DNA of 55,536 nt, taken from a virus. Taxonomy: Duplodnaviria > Caudoviricetes. The position numbers and the translations under genes are program-made. The DNA lies in IMG/VR virus record IMGVR_UViG_3300020045_005976, positions 1 to 55,536 of that record; one strand, given 5' to 3'. The notes beneath the pieces were generated by a model, which was not told the origin of the DNA, did no database searches, and saw nothing but the letters and a program-made list of their open reading frames with translations. This document shows positions 19,023-27,403 of this stretch, in pieces; position 1 is the first letter of the stretch, and every line of letters begins with the position of its first letter.

Positions 19023-19406
19023 ATGTTAAAGTCGCAGGCTAAAGAGTTTCTGCCAATCGTTGAGGCGATGGCGGACGGGAAAGTGATTCAATTCTTAGAC
19101 GCAGAGGGATGGCATGATGTCCCAGACTCCGCCAACTTTGGTTTTATTTACGATGCGGCTAATTATCGCATCAAACCCGAGCAAAAACTTCGCCCGTGGA
19201 CAGCCGATGAGGTTCCGTTTAATGCGGTTTATCGGTGCGCTGGCAGACTTGGGTTTTTTTCCTGCGTTAGGGTTTCCGATGGTTGTTTTTACCTCATTTC
19301 GGCGGGTGGAAATGTTGGAGATGTGGATCTTTCGGAGCTGGCAAAAAGCGGAGAACATAAGATTTTCGGAACAACTGAATGGCTTCCTTGCGGCGCAATC
19401 GAATAA
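19023..19406 (+). CDS. Hypothetical phage protein
   Basis: A-rich leader; AMADGKVIQ...YRIKPE motif. Confidence 0.6.
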   Translation: MLKSQAKEFLPIVEAMADGKVIQFLDAEGWHDVPDSANFGFIYDAANYRIKPEQKLRPWTADEVPFNAVYRCAGRLGFFSCVRVSDGCFYLISAGGNVGDVDLSELAKSGEHKIFGTTEWLPCGAIE

Positions 19407-19413
19407 CAAATTT

Positions 19414-19878
19414 ATGGCAACCTTTAATAAAATCGTTTTGATCGGCAATTTAACGCGCGATCCTGAAATCAAATTCACACAAAAAGGCACGGCAATCTGT
19501 AAAATCGGACTTGCTGTAAATCGCGCTTGGACGAATGACGCGGGCGAAAAGAAGGAGGAGGTTCTTTTCGTGGACGTGGATACTTTTGGCCGGACGGCTG
19601 AAAACGTCGGGCAATACATGAAGAAGGGAAGCCCAATTTTAATCGAGGGCCGATTGAAGATGGACACATGGAACGACAAGACCTCCGGCGAGAAAAAAAG
19701 CAAACTTGGCGTAGTCGCTGAAAACGTTCAATTCTTGGGCGGCGGACAGAAAGACGCCAGCGGACAAGAAAAGCGCGCCAGCGGCGAACAGCGAGGGCAA
19801 GAATCGGCATCAGGACAAAGTTCAGCACCAGCAAAAACCGCCAGTCCGGCTGACGATTCGGATTGCGTGCCTTTTTGA
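19414..19878 (+). CDS. ssb: Single-stranded DNA-binding protein
   Basis: NKIVLIGNLTRDPE, IEGRL and acidic C-terminus DDSDCVPF. Confidence 0.95.
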   Translation: MATFNKIVLIGNLTRDPEIKFTQKGTAICKIGLAVNRAWTNDAGEKKEEVLFVDVDTFGRTAENVGQYMKKGSPILIEGRLKMDTWNDKTSGEKKSKLGVVAENVQFLGGGQKDASGQEKRASGEQRGQESASGQSSAPAKTASPADDSDCVPF

Positions 19879-19879
19879 C

Positions 19880-20173
19880 ATGAATTCGCTCAAAGAAAGA
19901 ATTAACGAGCTTGAAGCCGAAAACCGGCGGCTCGGTCAACAAATCGAAATCTTTTGCGATTTTATCAACCGCGAAATGAAATTGGCGGCAAATGACGTGC
20001 GGCTGGTGGCGCTGATTGATCGGTTGGAAATCGGCGACGCGGTTAAGAAGCTTTCATCGCCAGAAAATCATCCATGCGCACATTGTTCGTATTTTTTTGG
20101 CCACGACCTGCGCTGTGGATTTCATCAAAAACAAGCAGAAAACCTCTGCCAAACTTTTAAAAAATTCAAATGA
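19880..20173 (+). CDS. Hypothetical protein (C-terminal Cys cluster)
   Basis: Coupled ORF. Confidence 0.55.
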   Translation: MNSLKERINELEAENRRLGQQIEIFCDFINREMKLAANDVRLVALIDRLEIGDAVKKLSSPENHPCAHCSYFFGHDLRCGFHQKQAENLCQTFKKFK

Positions 20174-20358
20174 CAAAAGATTGCCCAAGGAAACGGCACT
20201 TTTGGGTGGCGGGAAAATGCTTAGATTGCGGCTTTCCGCTCGGCAAATGGACAGCCGAGCAAGAGGCCAAACGCAAAAATAAATATAAAAAGAAACCGTT
20301 GATTGTAAACCAATTAGGTGAGGTCTGCGGATGAGACGAAAATAAAAGAAGAAAAGAC

Positions 20359-20387
20359 TTGTAAAGCTAGCCGCCTGGGCGCATAGT
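20359..20387 (+). promoter_or_regulatory. Leaderless promoter with spacer operator
   Basis: TTGTAA-17-CATAGT; ATG 6 nt later; spacer contains CTAGCCGCCTGG. Confidence 0.6.
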
Positions 20388-20393
20388 GTTGGC

Positions 20394-20624
20394 ATGACAA
20401 ACAACGCAAACAAAACAATCAAGCCCGGACAAACGCTTTATGCTCGCAGCGCATGTGATCACGATTGCATTTTCACCGCCGAAGTTTTGGAGCGCAAGGG
20501 GTTGTTTATTGTGGTTAAAACACAAGGGGGCACCCGCCGTGTAAAAGTTATGAGTTCTAGCGATGGGGAATTTGTTTATGCGATGGGTAAGTTTTCAATG
20601 TGCCCAATTTTTCGGGCAAAGTGA
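20394..20624 (+). CDS. Hypothetical early protein
   Basis: Leaderless start; YARSACDHDCIF. Confidence 0.65.
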   Translation: MTNNANKTIKPGQTLYARSACDHDCIFTAEVLERKGLFIVVKTQGGTRRVKVMSSSDGEFVYAMGKFSMCPIFRAK

Positions 20625-20672
20625 TAGCCTTGGTGGGCTGTAATGAATTCAACCGTTGAAAAAACTAAAACC

Positions 20673-20858
20673 ATGAAAAGTAAAATACATATCGCGAGGG
20701 ATGGCTATTCAACGGCTGTTTTGTGCGATGGGAAGCCGAAATTGTTTTGCGTCTCGCAAAGCACGGTTAAAATCCTACCTCACGAAAACCATTGCAAGCA
20801 CTGCAAAAAGGCGATGGATAAGTTAACCAACAAAATCAGCACAAATCGCTGTAAATAA
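20673..20858 (+). CDS. Small Cys-containing protein
   Basis: A-rich leader; CKHC. Confidence 0.5.
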   Translation: MKSKIHIARDGYSTAVLCDGKPKLFCVSQSTVKILPHENHCKHCKKAMDKLTNKISTNRCK

Positions 20859-20880
20859 CAACTAAACACAAGACAAAATT

Positions 20881-21204
20881 ATGAGTGAACAGACAAAAAT
20901 TCCGTGGTGGGCTGATGTACAAGGACAGATTAAAGGTTGTGACGGTGAATCTGTCACAGCAGTCCAACATTGCCGGGATTCCGAACCAACTGTGGAATCT
21001 GCGGAAAACCAGCGGTTAATTTTGGCTGCGCCCGAAATGCTGGTTGCTTTGAAGTTGGCGCTCACTGAATTCCGGGCCGTTAAGGGGTTTTTGAACGATG
21101 GTGATTCCTGCGGTGATCAGTTGATTTGGCGGATCGCAGCAACAGAATCTTTGATCAAAGAAATCGAAACGGTTATCGAAAAGGTTGAGTTGAAGACTTC
21201 GTGA
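20881..21204 (+). CDS. Hypothetical phage protein
   Basis: NQRLILAAPEMLVAL resembles the common phage NARLIAAAPELL motif. Confidence 0.65.
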   Translation: MSEQTKIPWWADVQGQIKGCDGESVTAVQHCRDSEPTVESAENQRLILAAPEMLVALKLALTEFRAVKGFLNDGDSCGDQLIWRIAATESLIKEIETVIEKVELKTS

Positions 21205-21277
21205 GCTATCAATCTGCTATCAATATTTGTGAAATTAATAGTTCGGAAACCGCATAAAGGAAAAAGAAATTCATCCA

Positions 21278-21595
21278 ATGAAACCACTGCCTGAAAAATT
21301 CACCAAAGGCGGATTTGATTTTGTTCTCGTCAAACGCATAGGGCTGGTTGCGCTTTATCAAAAAATCCGCGACTTCGATTTTAGGGTTGGAAAGGTGTGG
21401 AAGACTTTCAAACATCGAGATTCATGGGAGGTTTTTATCATCCAGCAACATGCGGCCCGTGAAATTGCTGGCGTGAAAATTGAAGCCTGCGAAGCTGTTC
21501 CTTGCAGTGAATCTTGGGGAATCAAAGGCTGGTCGTATATGACGCTGGCCGATGCTGAAAAACGCTTTAACACACTGATTAACAATGAAAAATAA
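21278..21595 (+). CDS. Hypothetical phage protein
   Basis: ORF with PCSESWGIKGWSY. Confidence 0.6.
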   Translation: MKPLPEKFTKGGFDFVLVKRIGLVALYQKIRDFDFRVGKVWKTFKHRDSWEVFIIQQHAAREIAGVKIEACEAVPCSESWGIKGWSYMTLADAEKRFNTLINNEK

Positions 21596-21740
21596 AACCC
21601 CGTGGCTTCCGGTAAAACCAAAAGGGAAAGTGCGATGCAGAAAATGCAACGGGAGCGGACTTCAATGGTTGTGGAGTGGTGGCTGGGGTGGCGGATATTC
21701 TGCCGCATGTTGCCAATGCGGAGGGAAAGGATTTAATTAG

Positions 21741-21935
21741 ATGAAAATTAAAACAAGCCAACTTAATCCAACGAAACCAATGCTCCAGCAATTGCGAGAC
21801 ATGCACCCGGTCAAAATTGGGGACGTAATTAATGGCAAAAGGGTCACGTCAACCTTTTACGAAGCGGAAAATGGCGCAAGCGTTCCGTGCTTTAAATTAG
21901 ATTTTGGATGCGAGTCATTTCGGTACAAGCACTAA
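21741..21935 (+). CDS. Hypothetical protein
   Basis: ORF in the early gene run. Confidence 0.5.
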   Translation: MKIKTSQLNPTKPMLQQLRDMHPVKIGDVINGKRVTSTFYEAENGASVPCFKLDFGCESFRYKH

Positions 21936-21941
21936 AACAAT

Positions 21942-22259
21942 ATGTGGACATTAAAAGAAGCAATCGAACTAATTCAGGAAATTGAGCCAAAATTCCAAGC
22001 CGCCGGATTTCACGTTGGCCTGACTGGCTCAGTGGTTTTCAAAGGTGAATCGAAAAAGGATTTAGACTTAATTGTCTATCCGCACGACTACGACGCGGGT
22101 AGGGGGTTTGACGTGAAGGCCGCGCGCAAATTAATTGCTGAAATTTTCTCGTCTGAGTGGTGTGATGTTTGGGGTCCGCTCTCAAAAATCCGGGACGATA
22201 AAAAAGTGGCGTGGATCAGTGCAAAAGGAAAACGCATAGACTTTTTCTTTCTAGCTTAA
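21942..22259 (+). CDS. Minimal Pol-beta-fold nucleotidyltransferase
   Basis: GLTGSV...KKDLDLIV...RIDFF. Confidence 0.7.
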   Translation: MWTLKEAIELIQEIEPKFQAAGFHVGLTGSVVFKGESKKDLDLIVYPHDYDAGRGFDVKAARKLIAEIFSSEWCDVWGPLSKIRDDKKVAWISAKGKRIDFFFLA

Positions 22260-22346
22260 CCGCAGAGCATTACACCAAACCAAGCCCGAATAAGCTTTAC
22301 TTTTTAAAAATCTCCCCAGTAAAATGGGGTATTGGAACATCCCCTC

Positions 22347-22778
22347 ATGAACGACACAATTGACACCGAGCCAGAAGAGATTCTGCCAACCGGCAAAAAA
22401 CCCACCGAGCAAGAACGCGACGTGCGCATCGCTGAAATGATCGAATACCTCGGCAAGACCGTCAACGCGCACAAGACTGAGATTCACGCATTCTTTACCG
22501 CGCGCTGGGGTTGTCACTGGATAACCGTCGACAGATATGTGATTCGCGCGAAAAAAGAAATGCTTGACCGGCTCAAACGCGATAAACCGGAAATGATCTG
22601 CGAATCTATGGCGTTTTATGAGGGAATAATGCGCGATATGACCGCAAAACCAAGTGAAAGATTGCGAGCAGCACAATTGAGAGACGAACTGCTTGGACTC
22701 CAGGAGCCGAAGCGAACATCATCGCAAATTAGTGGTGATTCGCTTGAAATCGTCGTTAAACACGCTCACGAATCATGA
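22347..22778 (+). CDS. Putative terminase small subunit or HTH protein
   Basis: HTH-like segment (ITVDRYVIRA), helical ERLRAA..ELLGL; upstream of terL. Confidence 0.5.
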   Translation: MNDTIDTEPEEILPTGKKPTEQERDVRIAEMIEYLGKTVNAHKTEIHAFFTARWGCHWITVDRYVIRAKKEMLDRLKRDKPEMICESMAFYEGIMRDMTAKPSERLRAAQLRDELLGLQEPKRTSSQISGDSLEIVVKHAHES

Positions 22779-22984
22779 TATGTCGTCCGCCTTGGGTTTC
22801 AGAATGGTTTATTTGCAGTTCTGACTGGTATTCGGATTTCAGCCGATGCGAACCGCAGTCCAGATTGACGGCAAAAGAAATCGCCGATAGATATTGGAAC
22901 CACCTAAACGGGCTATCGAAAAACAGATTCACAGCCAAGCGCAAACCGGCAAGAACCAAGCGCAAATTCAGCCAGCATTATTAA
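22775..22984 (+). CDS. Hypothetical protein
   Basis: ATGA-coupled. Confidence 0.45.
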   Translation: MICRPPWVSEWFICSSDWYSDFSRCEPQSRLTAKEIADRYWNHLNGLSKNRFTAKRKPARTKRKFSQHY

Positions 22985-22985
22985 T

Positions 22986-23216
22986 ATGAACATCACAGTA
23001 AAAAAGCCAGATGGCAGCCGAAAGAAAATCGTCATTGACGCTTCATTGCTGCCGCCTAAATTCCCGGTTTTAGAGGCGTATTGCGTCATCCGATCATGTA
23101 AAAATTATCAAGATATTGCGTTTCACATTTCAGAAAAGTTTAGCAAATTTGGCGCATCTCAGGAATCAATCACGAATCTCGTTAACCAAATCAACGAACA
23201 ACTAAAGGACACATGA
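22986..23216 (+). CDS. Hypothetical protein
   Basis: Coupled ORF. Confidence 0.5.
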   Translation: MNITVKKPDGSRKKIVIDASLLPPKFPVLEAYCVIRSCKNYQDIAFHISEKFSKFGASQESITNLVNQINEQLKDT

Positions 23217-23438
23217 ATAACACCGACTTAATCAACCGTTTACGCTACCACGCATCGGAAACGATGACCGGCTATCCCGTCGAAAGGCGGGGGGGGGGAG
23301 CTTCTGCTTGAGGCCATCGCCGAAATTGATCGGCTGAATGCGGAAATCGCCAAAGAAAGGCAAAATGTCTGCTGGTTCACAGGGAAAGACTTCGGCGAAC
23401 CGCTTGCAGATAATCCACTTACACAATCCGAAAAATAA
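23213..23438 (+). pseudogene. Small phage gene frameshifted at a G10 tract
   Basis: Removing one G at 23289-23298 gives MNNTDLINRLR...ELLLEAIAEIDRLNAEI...SEK (74 aa). Confidence 0.6.
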
Positions 23439-23461
23439 TTCATCTTTTTTGCAATCAACCG

Positions 23462-23490
23462 TTGACAATCTTGGCGGTTAGGTTTAATCT
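23462..23490 (+). promoter_or_regulatory. Leaderless promoter with spacer operator
   Basis: TTGACA-17-TAATCT; ATG 6 nt later; spacer contains CTTGGCGGTTAG. Confidence 0.7.
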
Positions 23491-23496
23491 TTAGGC

Positions 23497-23751
23497 ATGA
23501 CAAACAACGCAACACAAAACGCCAGCATCAACACTAACGGTAACTTTTTTAAGCACGAATCCGCCGCCCGGTTAGGGTGGGGAGATTCGGGCATAGCCCA
23601 CAACTTCTACCCCACCGCCGAGGTGGGGGAATGTCTGACTGGATGGGAGTGGCGCCGTGGCGGATGCACCGAACAGGTGCATTACACCAAGGCGCAGATG
23701 AAGTGGCTCCCCAGGCTAGGACGAAACGGGGGCAACCCCGTCCGGCGTTAA
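23497..23751 (+). CDS. Hypothetical early protein (3' end overlaps the ribozyme)
   Basis: Leaderless start MTNNA shared with the 20394 gene. Confidence 0.55.
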   Translation: MTNNATQNASINTNGNFFKHESAARLGWGDSGIAHNFYPTAEVGECLTGWEWRRGGCTEQVHYTKAQMKWLPRLGRNGGNPVRR

Positions 23752-23770
23752 ATACGCCGCTGATGAGTCC
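23719..23770 (+). ncRNA. Type II hammerhead ribozyme
   Basis: GGAC GAAA CGGGG-GCAA-CCCCG TC/ CGGCG-ttaaata-CGCCG CTGATGA GTCC; all core nucleotides and three perfect stems present. Confidence 0.9.
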
Positions 23771-23811
23771 AACAATCGACATCCAGAAGCCCGAGCAACA
23801 AAATAAAAATT

Positions 23812-24021
23812 ATGAAATTAATCACATTAAGCGCACCCAGCGGCGGTGAAATCTATGTCTGCAAAAAATGCAATGACAAGATGAATGCGGGAAAAATCGT
23901 CATGCGAGACGTAAACGGCGAGCAATTTTGCCAGACCTTGCGCGGATTAACGAGCATCCCCAAGGCAGCATGTGATTGCTGCGCCGCGATCCGCGAAGGG
24001 TCGGTTGTTGAGAAAAAATAA
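23812..24021 (+). CDS. Small Zn-finger-like protein
   Basis: CKKC...CDCC; A-rich leader. Confidence 0.6.
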   Translation: MKLITLSAPSGGEIYVCKKCNDKMNAGKIVMRDVNGEQFCQTLRGLTSIPKAACDCCAAIREGSVVEKK

Positions 24022-24063
24022 AGGCGAAACGCCGGGGAGCAATCCCCGGCAACAAAATAAAAC

Positions 24064-24390
24064 ATGAAATACATCGTCCAACAAACATTTGAAACACTAG
24101 GCGATCCGTGCGCCAAAACTTTTGGATCAAAGTTCCATGCATCGGAATATTCCAACATTCTCAAATGCGCGGTTGCGCAAGCGGTCTCGGTGATGGACAC
24201 GCCGGAGCGTGGAGAAAATGCGTGCGCCATACTTTCTGAATCGGACGCTTGGTATGACGCGCTTGCGATTTGCGGATGGGTTTTTGGCGTTGACGGCGGG
24301 CGGATGAATGGAAGCGCTAGCAAATACGGAATTCGGGCAGGCGAATGCATCGCTGAAGCTGCGGTGAAGATTGAAGAGGTGGAATCATGA
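24064..24390 (+). CDS. Hypothetical protein
   Basis: A-rich leader; follows the GCAA hairpin at 24031-24050. Confidence 0.55.
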   Translation: MKYIVQQTFETLGDPCAKTFGSKFHASEYSNILKCAVAQAVSVMDTPERGENACAILSESDAWYDALAICGWVFGVDGGRMNGSASKYGIRAGECIAEAAVKIEEVES

Positions 24391-24578
24391 GACTAAACAA
24401 AAACTCAAAAGAGGCCGACCTTGTTCGGATGTTCGCCAACCTTGCATCCGATAGCGCGAGGGAGCGCAAGGAAATCGAAGACCTGCGGGAGGTCAGGGTA
24501 TCATATTACCACAAGGGTCGGCAGCAAGCTTTTATTCAGTGCGCCAAGAGTGTGGCGATTAAATTTTCAATAGATTGA
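24387..24578 (+). CDS. Hypothetical protein
   Basis: ATGA-coupled. Confidence 0.5.
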   Translation: MRLNKNSKEADLVRMFANLASDSARERKEIEDLREVRVSYYHKGRQQAFIQCAKSVAIKFSID

Positions 24579-24593
24579 TTTCGATTTAACTTT

Positions 24594-24809
24594 ATGCCAA
24601 CTCAAAAACAAATTGACGCTCATTCCAAGAATATGGACAGTTTTCGCAGGTTTTTATCCGATAAGGAAAAGCTGGCGCAGGCCAAAAAAGCTTATGCGAA
24701 ACGAAAAACCAGCGAACGCCGCAAGGAACTGCGAGACGAATTCCAGAAGCTGCGCGAGAAAGAGCGCGCCGAAGCGCGGCGCTCAAATGGTGGCAAACTC
24801 AAAAACTAA
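24594..24809 (+). CDS. Small basic helical protein
   Basis: K/R-rich ORF upstream of terL. Confidence 0.5.
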   Translation: MPTQKQIDAHSKNMDSFRRFLSDKEKLAQAKKAYAKRKTSERRKELRDEFQKLREKERAEARRSNGGKLKN

Positions 24810-24848
24810 GTGGTGTTCTGCGCGGTGCGGTGGTAGTGTGGCTGTTGG

Positions 24849-26102
24849 TTGAGGCGCATAATTACATTACCGAAGCTGCATTCGGCGCAAATTGAAATCG
24901 TCAAGGCGGTTGAACGCTTCCTTGTGATTTCAGGTGGGCGGCGATTTGGCAAGGGCGTCGTCGGCATCGGCGAAGGGTACAAGCGTGGGATTCACGGGGG
25001 GAAATGTCGCTGGATTTCGCCGTCTTACGCATCGGATTCGTTTCAGGCCGGTTGGAATATGGCCGTGAACCTGGCCAACCAAATACCCGGCGTTGACATT
25101 CACCAGCAGCGAAAAGAGTTTTCGTTTCGGCGGATTGGTGGCGGATTCCTGCAATTCAGGACAGCGGAGGAGCCAGACGGGTTGCGCGGTGAGGGCATCG
25201 ACTTTGTAATTTTCGACGAGGCGGCACACATTCGCGGCTTGAAGGATATTTGGGACCTATGTGTCCGTCCGTCACTTATGGACCGCAAGGGAAGCGCATG
25301 GTTTATCTCAACACCAAAAGGCCACAACGATTTCGCTGAATTCTTCAAGCGGGCTGAAATTGACAAGGATTGGCGCAGCTTTATTTTTCCAACTTGCTCG
25401 AATCCATATATCGAAAAGTCTGAAATTGAATCGATGCGAAAAGGGTTGCCGTCGCTTGTTGCTCGACAAGAAATTGACGCGGAATTTGTTCAACTCGCGG
25501 GCATGTTGTTCAAGCGGGAGTTGATTCGATTCATCGATGAGGAGCCGCAGAACGTGCGCTGGGTCAGGTCCTGGGATTTGGCGTTCACCGAGAAAACAAC
25601 GTCAGACTTCACCGCATCTGCGAAAATGGCCGTCGCTGCGGACGGGACAGTGATTGTATCAGACGTTATCCATTTGCGCGCGGATTGGCCTGCTGTAGTG
25701 CGTCTAATCAAGCATACCGCACAAATGGACGGTCCGACGGTCGTGCAGGGAATCGAAGTCGTCGGCGCTCAAGTCGGGATGCTGCAAACACTCATGGCCG
25801 ATCCGATGATGGTCGCGACTCCGTTTAAAGCCATTCAAGTGACGAAAGACAAAGTGACGCGGGCCTTGCCGCTGGTGGCGCGGGCCGAGCAAGGCAAGCT
25901 GGTTTTTGTCCGTGGCGCGTGGAATAAATCCGCGCTTGATGAGATTTCCGCATTTCCCGAAAGCGAACATGATGACCAAGTGGATGCCATGTCGGGCGGA
26001 CTCAACATGCTGTCCGAACCATCCCCGGCGTTTAAATCCACCAGTGAAATAATTACCGGGAAAAGTGATTTCGACATTGACAGAGTGAACTTTTTAGAAT
26101 AG
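24849..26102 (+). CDS. terL: Terminase large subunit
   Basis: GGRRFGKG, GLRGEGIDFVIFDEAA, ISTPKG, RSWDLA and HDDQVDA motifs. Confidence 0.95.
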   Translation: MRRIITLPKLHSAQIEIVKAVERFLVISGGRRFGKGVVGIGEGYKRGIHGGKCRWISPSYASDSFQAGWNMAVNLANQIPGVDIHQQRKEFSFRRIGGGFLQFRTAEEPDGLRGEGIDFVIFDEAAHIRGLKDIWDLCVRPSLMDRKGSAWFISTPKGHNDFAEFFKRAEIDKDWRSFIFPTCSNPYIEKSEIESMRKGLPSLVARQEIDAEFVQLAGMLFKRELIRFIDEEPQNVRWVRSWDLAFTEKTTSDFTASAKMAVAADGTVIVSDVIHLRADWPAVVRLIKHTAQMDGPTVVQGIEVVGAQVGMLQTLMADPMMVATPFKAIQVTKDKVTRALPLVARAEQGKLVFVRGAWNKSALDEISAFPESEHDDQVDAMSGGLNMLSEPSPAFKSTSEIITGKSDFDIDRVNFLE

Positions 26103-26296
26103 GGTCAGTGCATCAAATCCTCGCATAAAGAAACAAACCCTATTTTCCCTAAAGACATGTGTATCACATGGCCGGAAGGAATGGGCATCACTCGCAAATA
26201 TGTTGACTCAGAAAGCTTTAAAAATCCATCGCTGGAAATCAAGGATGCGTTCAAGTCGGTGATGATTGTGGGTAACGAAAAGCCGAAAGGAAAAGT

Positions 26297-26443
26297 GTGA
26301 ATCAAAGCACGACTACATTTTGGGAAAACGCATTCCTGATTATTCGGGTTGCATTGATTGTGATTTGGCTAACCGTTTTGGCCGGATTTGTTGCGCGATT
26401 CATGTGCAAACTATTCATGATCGGATTTAACGCTTTTCAATAA
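26297..26443 (+). CDS. Small membrane protein (48 aa)
   Basis: GTG start overlapping the previous stop; AFLIIRVALIVIWLTVLAGFVA. Confidence 0.45.
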   Translation: MNQSTTTFWENAFLIIRVALIVIWLTVLAGFVARFMCKLFMIGFNAFQ

Positions 26444-26446
26444 TTT

Positions 26447-26707
26447 ATGAATAACACCTGTGAACGATGCCAGCATTTCCGCTGTTTTTATGCCGAGAAG
26501 CAAGGCCGATGCTTTGGCCAACCTCCGCAAATGTTTCAGAACGGATTTCAGCAAACCAACCAGCCAATCGTGAAAACGGACCGACCTGCCTGTTTCTTTT
26601 TCAAGCCGATTCCAATTGATGCCGAGGTTATCACATTCACGAAGGCCAGCCCTGAAACCCCAGGCGACGCGGCAAAACAGGCCGTGGCGCTGAAGAAAAA
26701 GAAGTAG
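26447..26707 (+). CDS. Small Cys-rich protein
   Basis: CERCQHF..GRCFGQPP..AC motif. Confidence 0.65.
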   Translation: MNNTCERCQHFRCFYAEKQGRCFGQPPQMFQNGFQQTNQPIVKTDRPACFFFKPIPIDAEVITFTKASPETPGDAAKQAVALKKKK

Positions 26708-26825
26708 AATTTTCCGCGCATAGAACGCCATGCCGGTGGCGCGAATCCAATGTGTGCGACGGGTGCGGAAACTGGGTGCTGTTGACCCAGATTTGTAGCC
26801 CTAATTGGATACCGGCAACTATTTT

Positions 26826-26963
26826 ATGAAAAACTTAACAAGTGAAGATATTATGAATGCTGCCGCTGCAATTTTGCTTGCCTGCGCCTGCTTGATGGTT
26901 ATAAAAACGACATGGCTTTTCATGTTTGCGTCAAGGGTCGAATTAATGGAAATGGCAAAATAA
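26826..26963 (+). CDS. Small membrane protein (45 aa)
   Basis: Single hydrophobic segment; ttttATG start. Confidence 0.45.
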   Translation: MKNLTSEDIMNAAAAILLACACLMVIKTTWLFMFASRVELMEMAK

Positions 26964-26964
26964 T

Positions 26965-27090
26965 ATGAAAATTACAAAAAACAATTTACTGACTGCGTTC
27001 ATTGGATTAACGATGGCTTGTCTTTTGATTATTCTTGTGAATATTACATGGGCGATATCTGCCATGCCTTCCGGTCAGCTTTTTAGGTGA
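26965..27090 (+). CDS. Small membrane protein (41 aa)
   Basis: LLTAFIGLTMACLLIILVNITWAI; 1 nt after the previous stop. Confidence 0.45.
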   Translation: MKITKNNLLTAFIGLTMACLLIILVNITWAISAMPSGQLFR

Positions 27091-27094
27091 TTTT

Positions 27095-27178
27095 ATGACA
27101 CTGCTTTTTTACACCATCGCTTTTCTAATCTGTTTAGGCTGGATTATTGCCAGTCATCACAATCCAACCGAATTATGA
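27095..27178 (+). CDS. Small membrane peptide (27 aa)
   Basis: MTLLFYTIAFLICLGWIIA; ATGA-coupled to the next gene. Confidence 0.4.
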   Translation: MTLLFYTIAFLICLGWIIASHHNPTEL

Positions 27179-27366
27179 AACTTGACGAGCCGTTTATCTG
27201 TCCGACCTGCGGGAAGGTTTGGCGATTCCACAACCACTGCGTTACTTGCGACAGAATTTCCAAGGCGCTTGACCCGAAGGATGACCCGACAATGACCCCG
27301 CTCGGGGATGGTGGATACATGCGGCGGTCGTTCATTGCGCAGGAATGCGGCAGGCCAAATGATTAG
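27175..27366 (+). CDS. Zn-ribbon-like small protein
   Basis: CPTC...CVTC. Confidence 0.5.
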   Translation: MKLDEPFICPTCGKVWRFHNHCVTCDRISKALDPKDDPTMTPLGDGGYMRRSFIAQECGRPND

Positions 27367-27403
27367 TCGCGACATTTGAAACGCTTTTCGGAAAGATTAA
27401 ATC

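Noticed and set aside
19114-19413. N-terminal extension of SSB in the ORF track
   Set aside because: Overlaps the 19023-19406 gene; the canonical SSB start is ATG at 19414
21597-21735. G-rich intergenic stretch as a twister/pistol ribozyme
   Set aside because: Could not fit the conserved cores by eye; only short hairpins found
24023-24050. GGCGAAAC plus a GCAA-capped hairpin resembling hammerhead stem III
   Set aside because: No NUH triplet, stem I or CUGAUGA follows; treated as a simple stable hairpin
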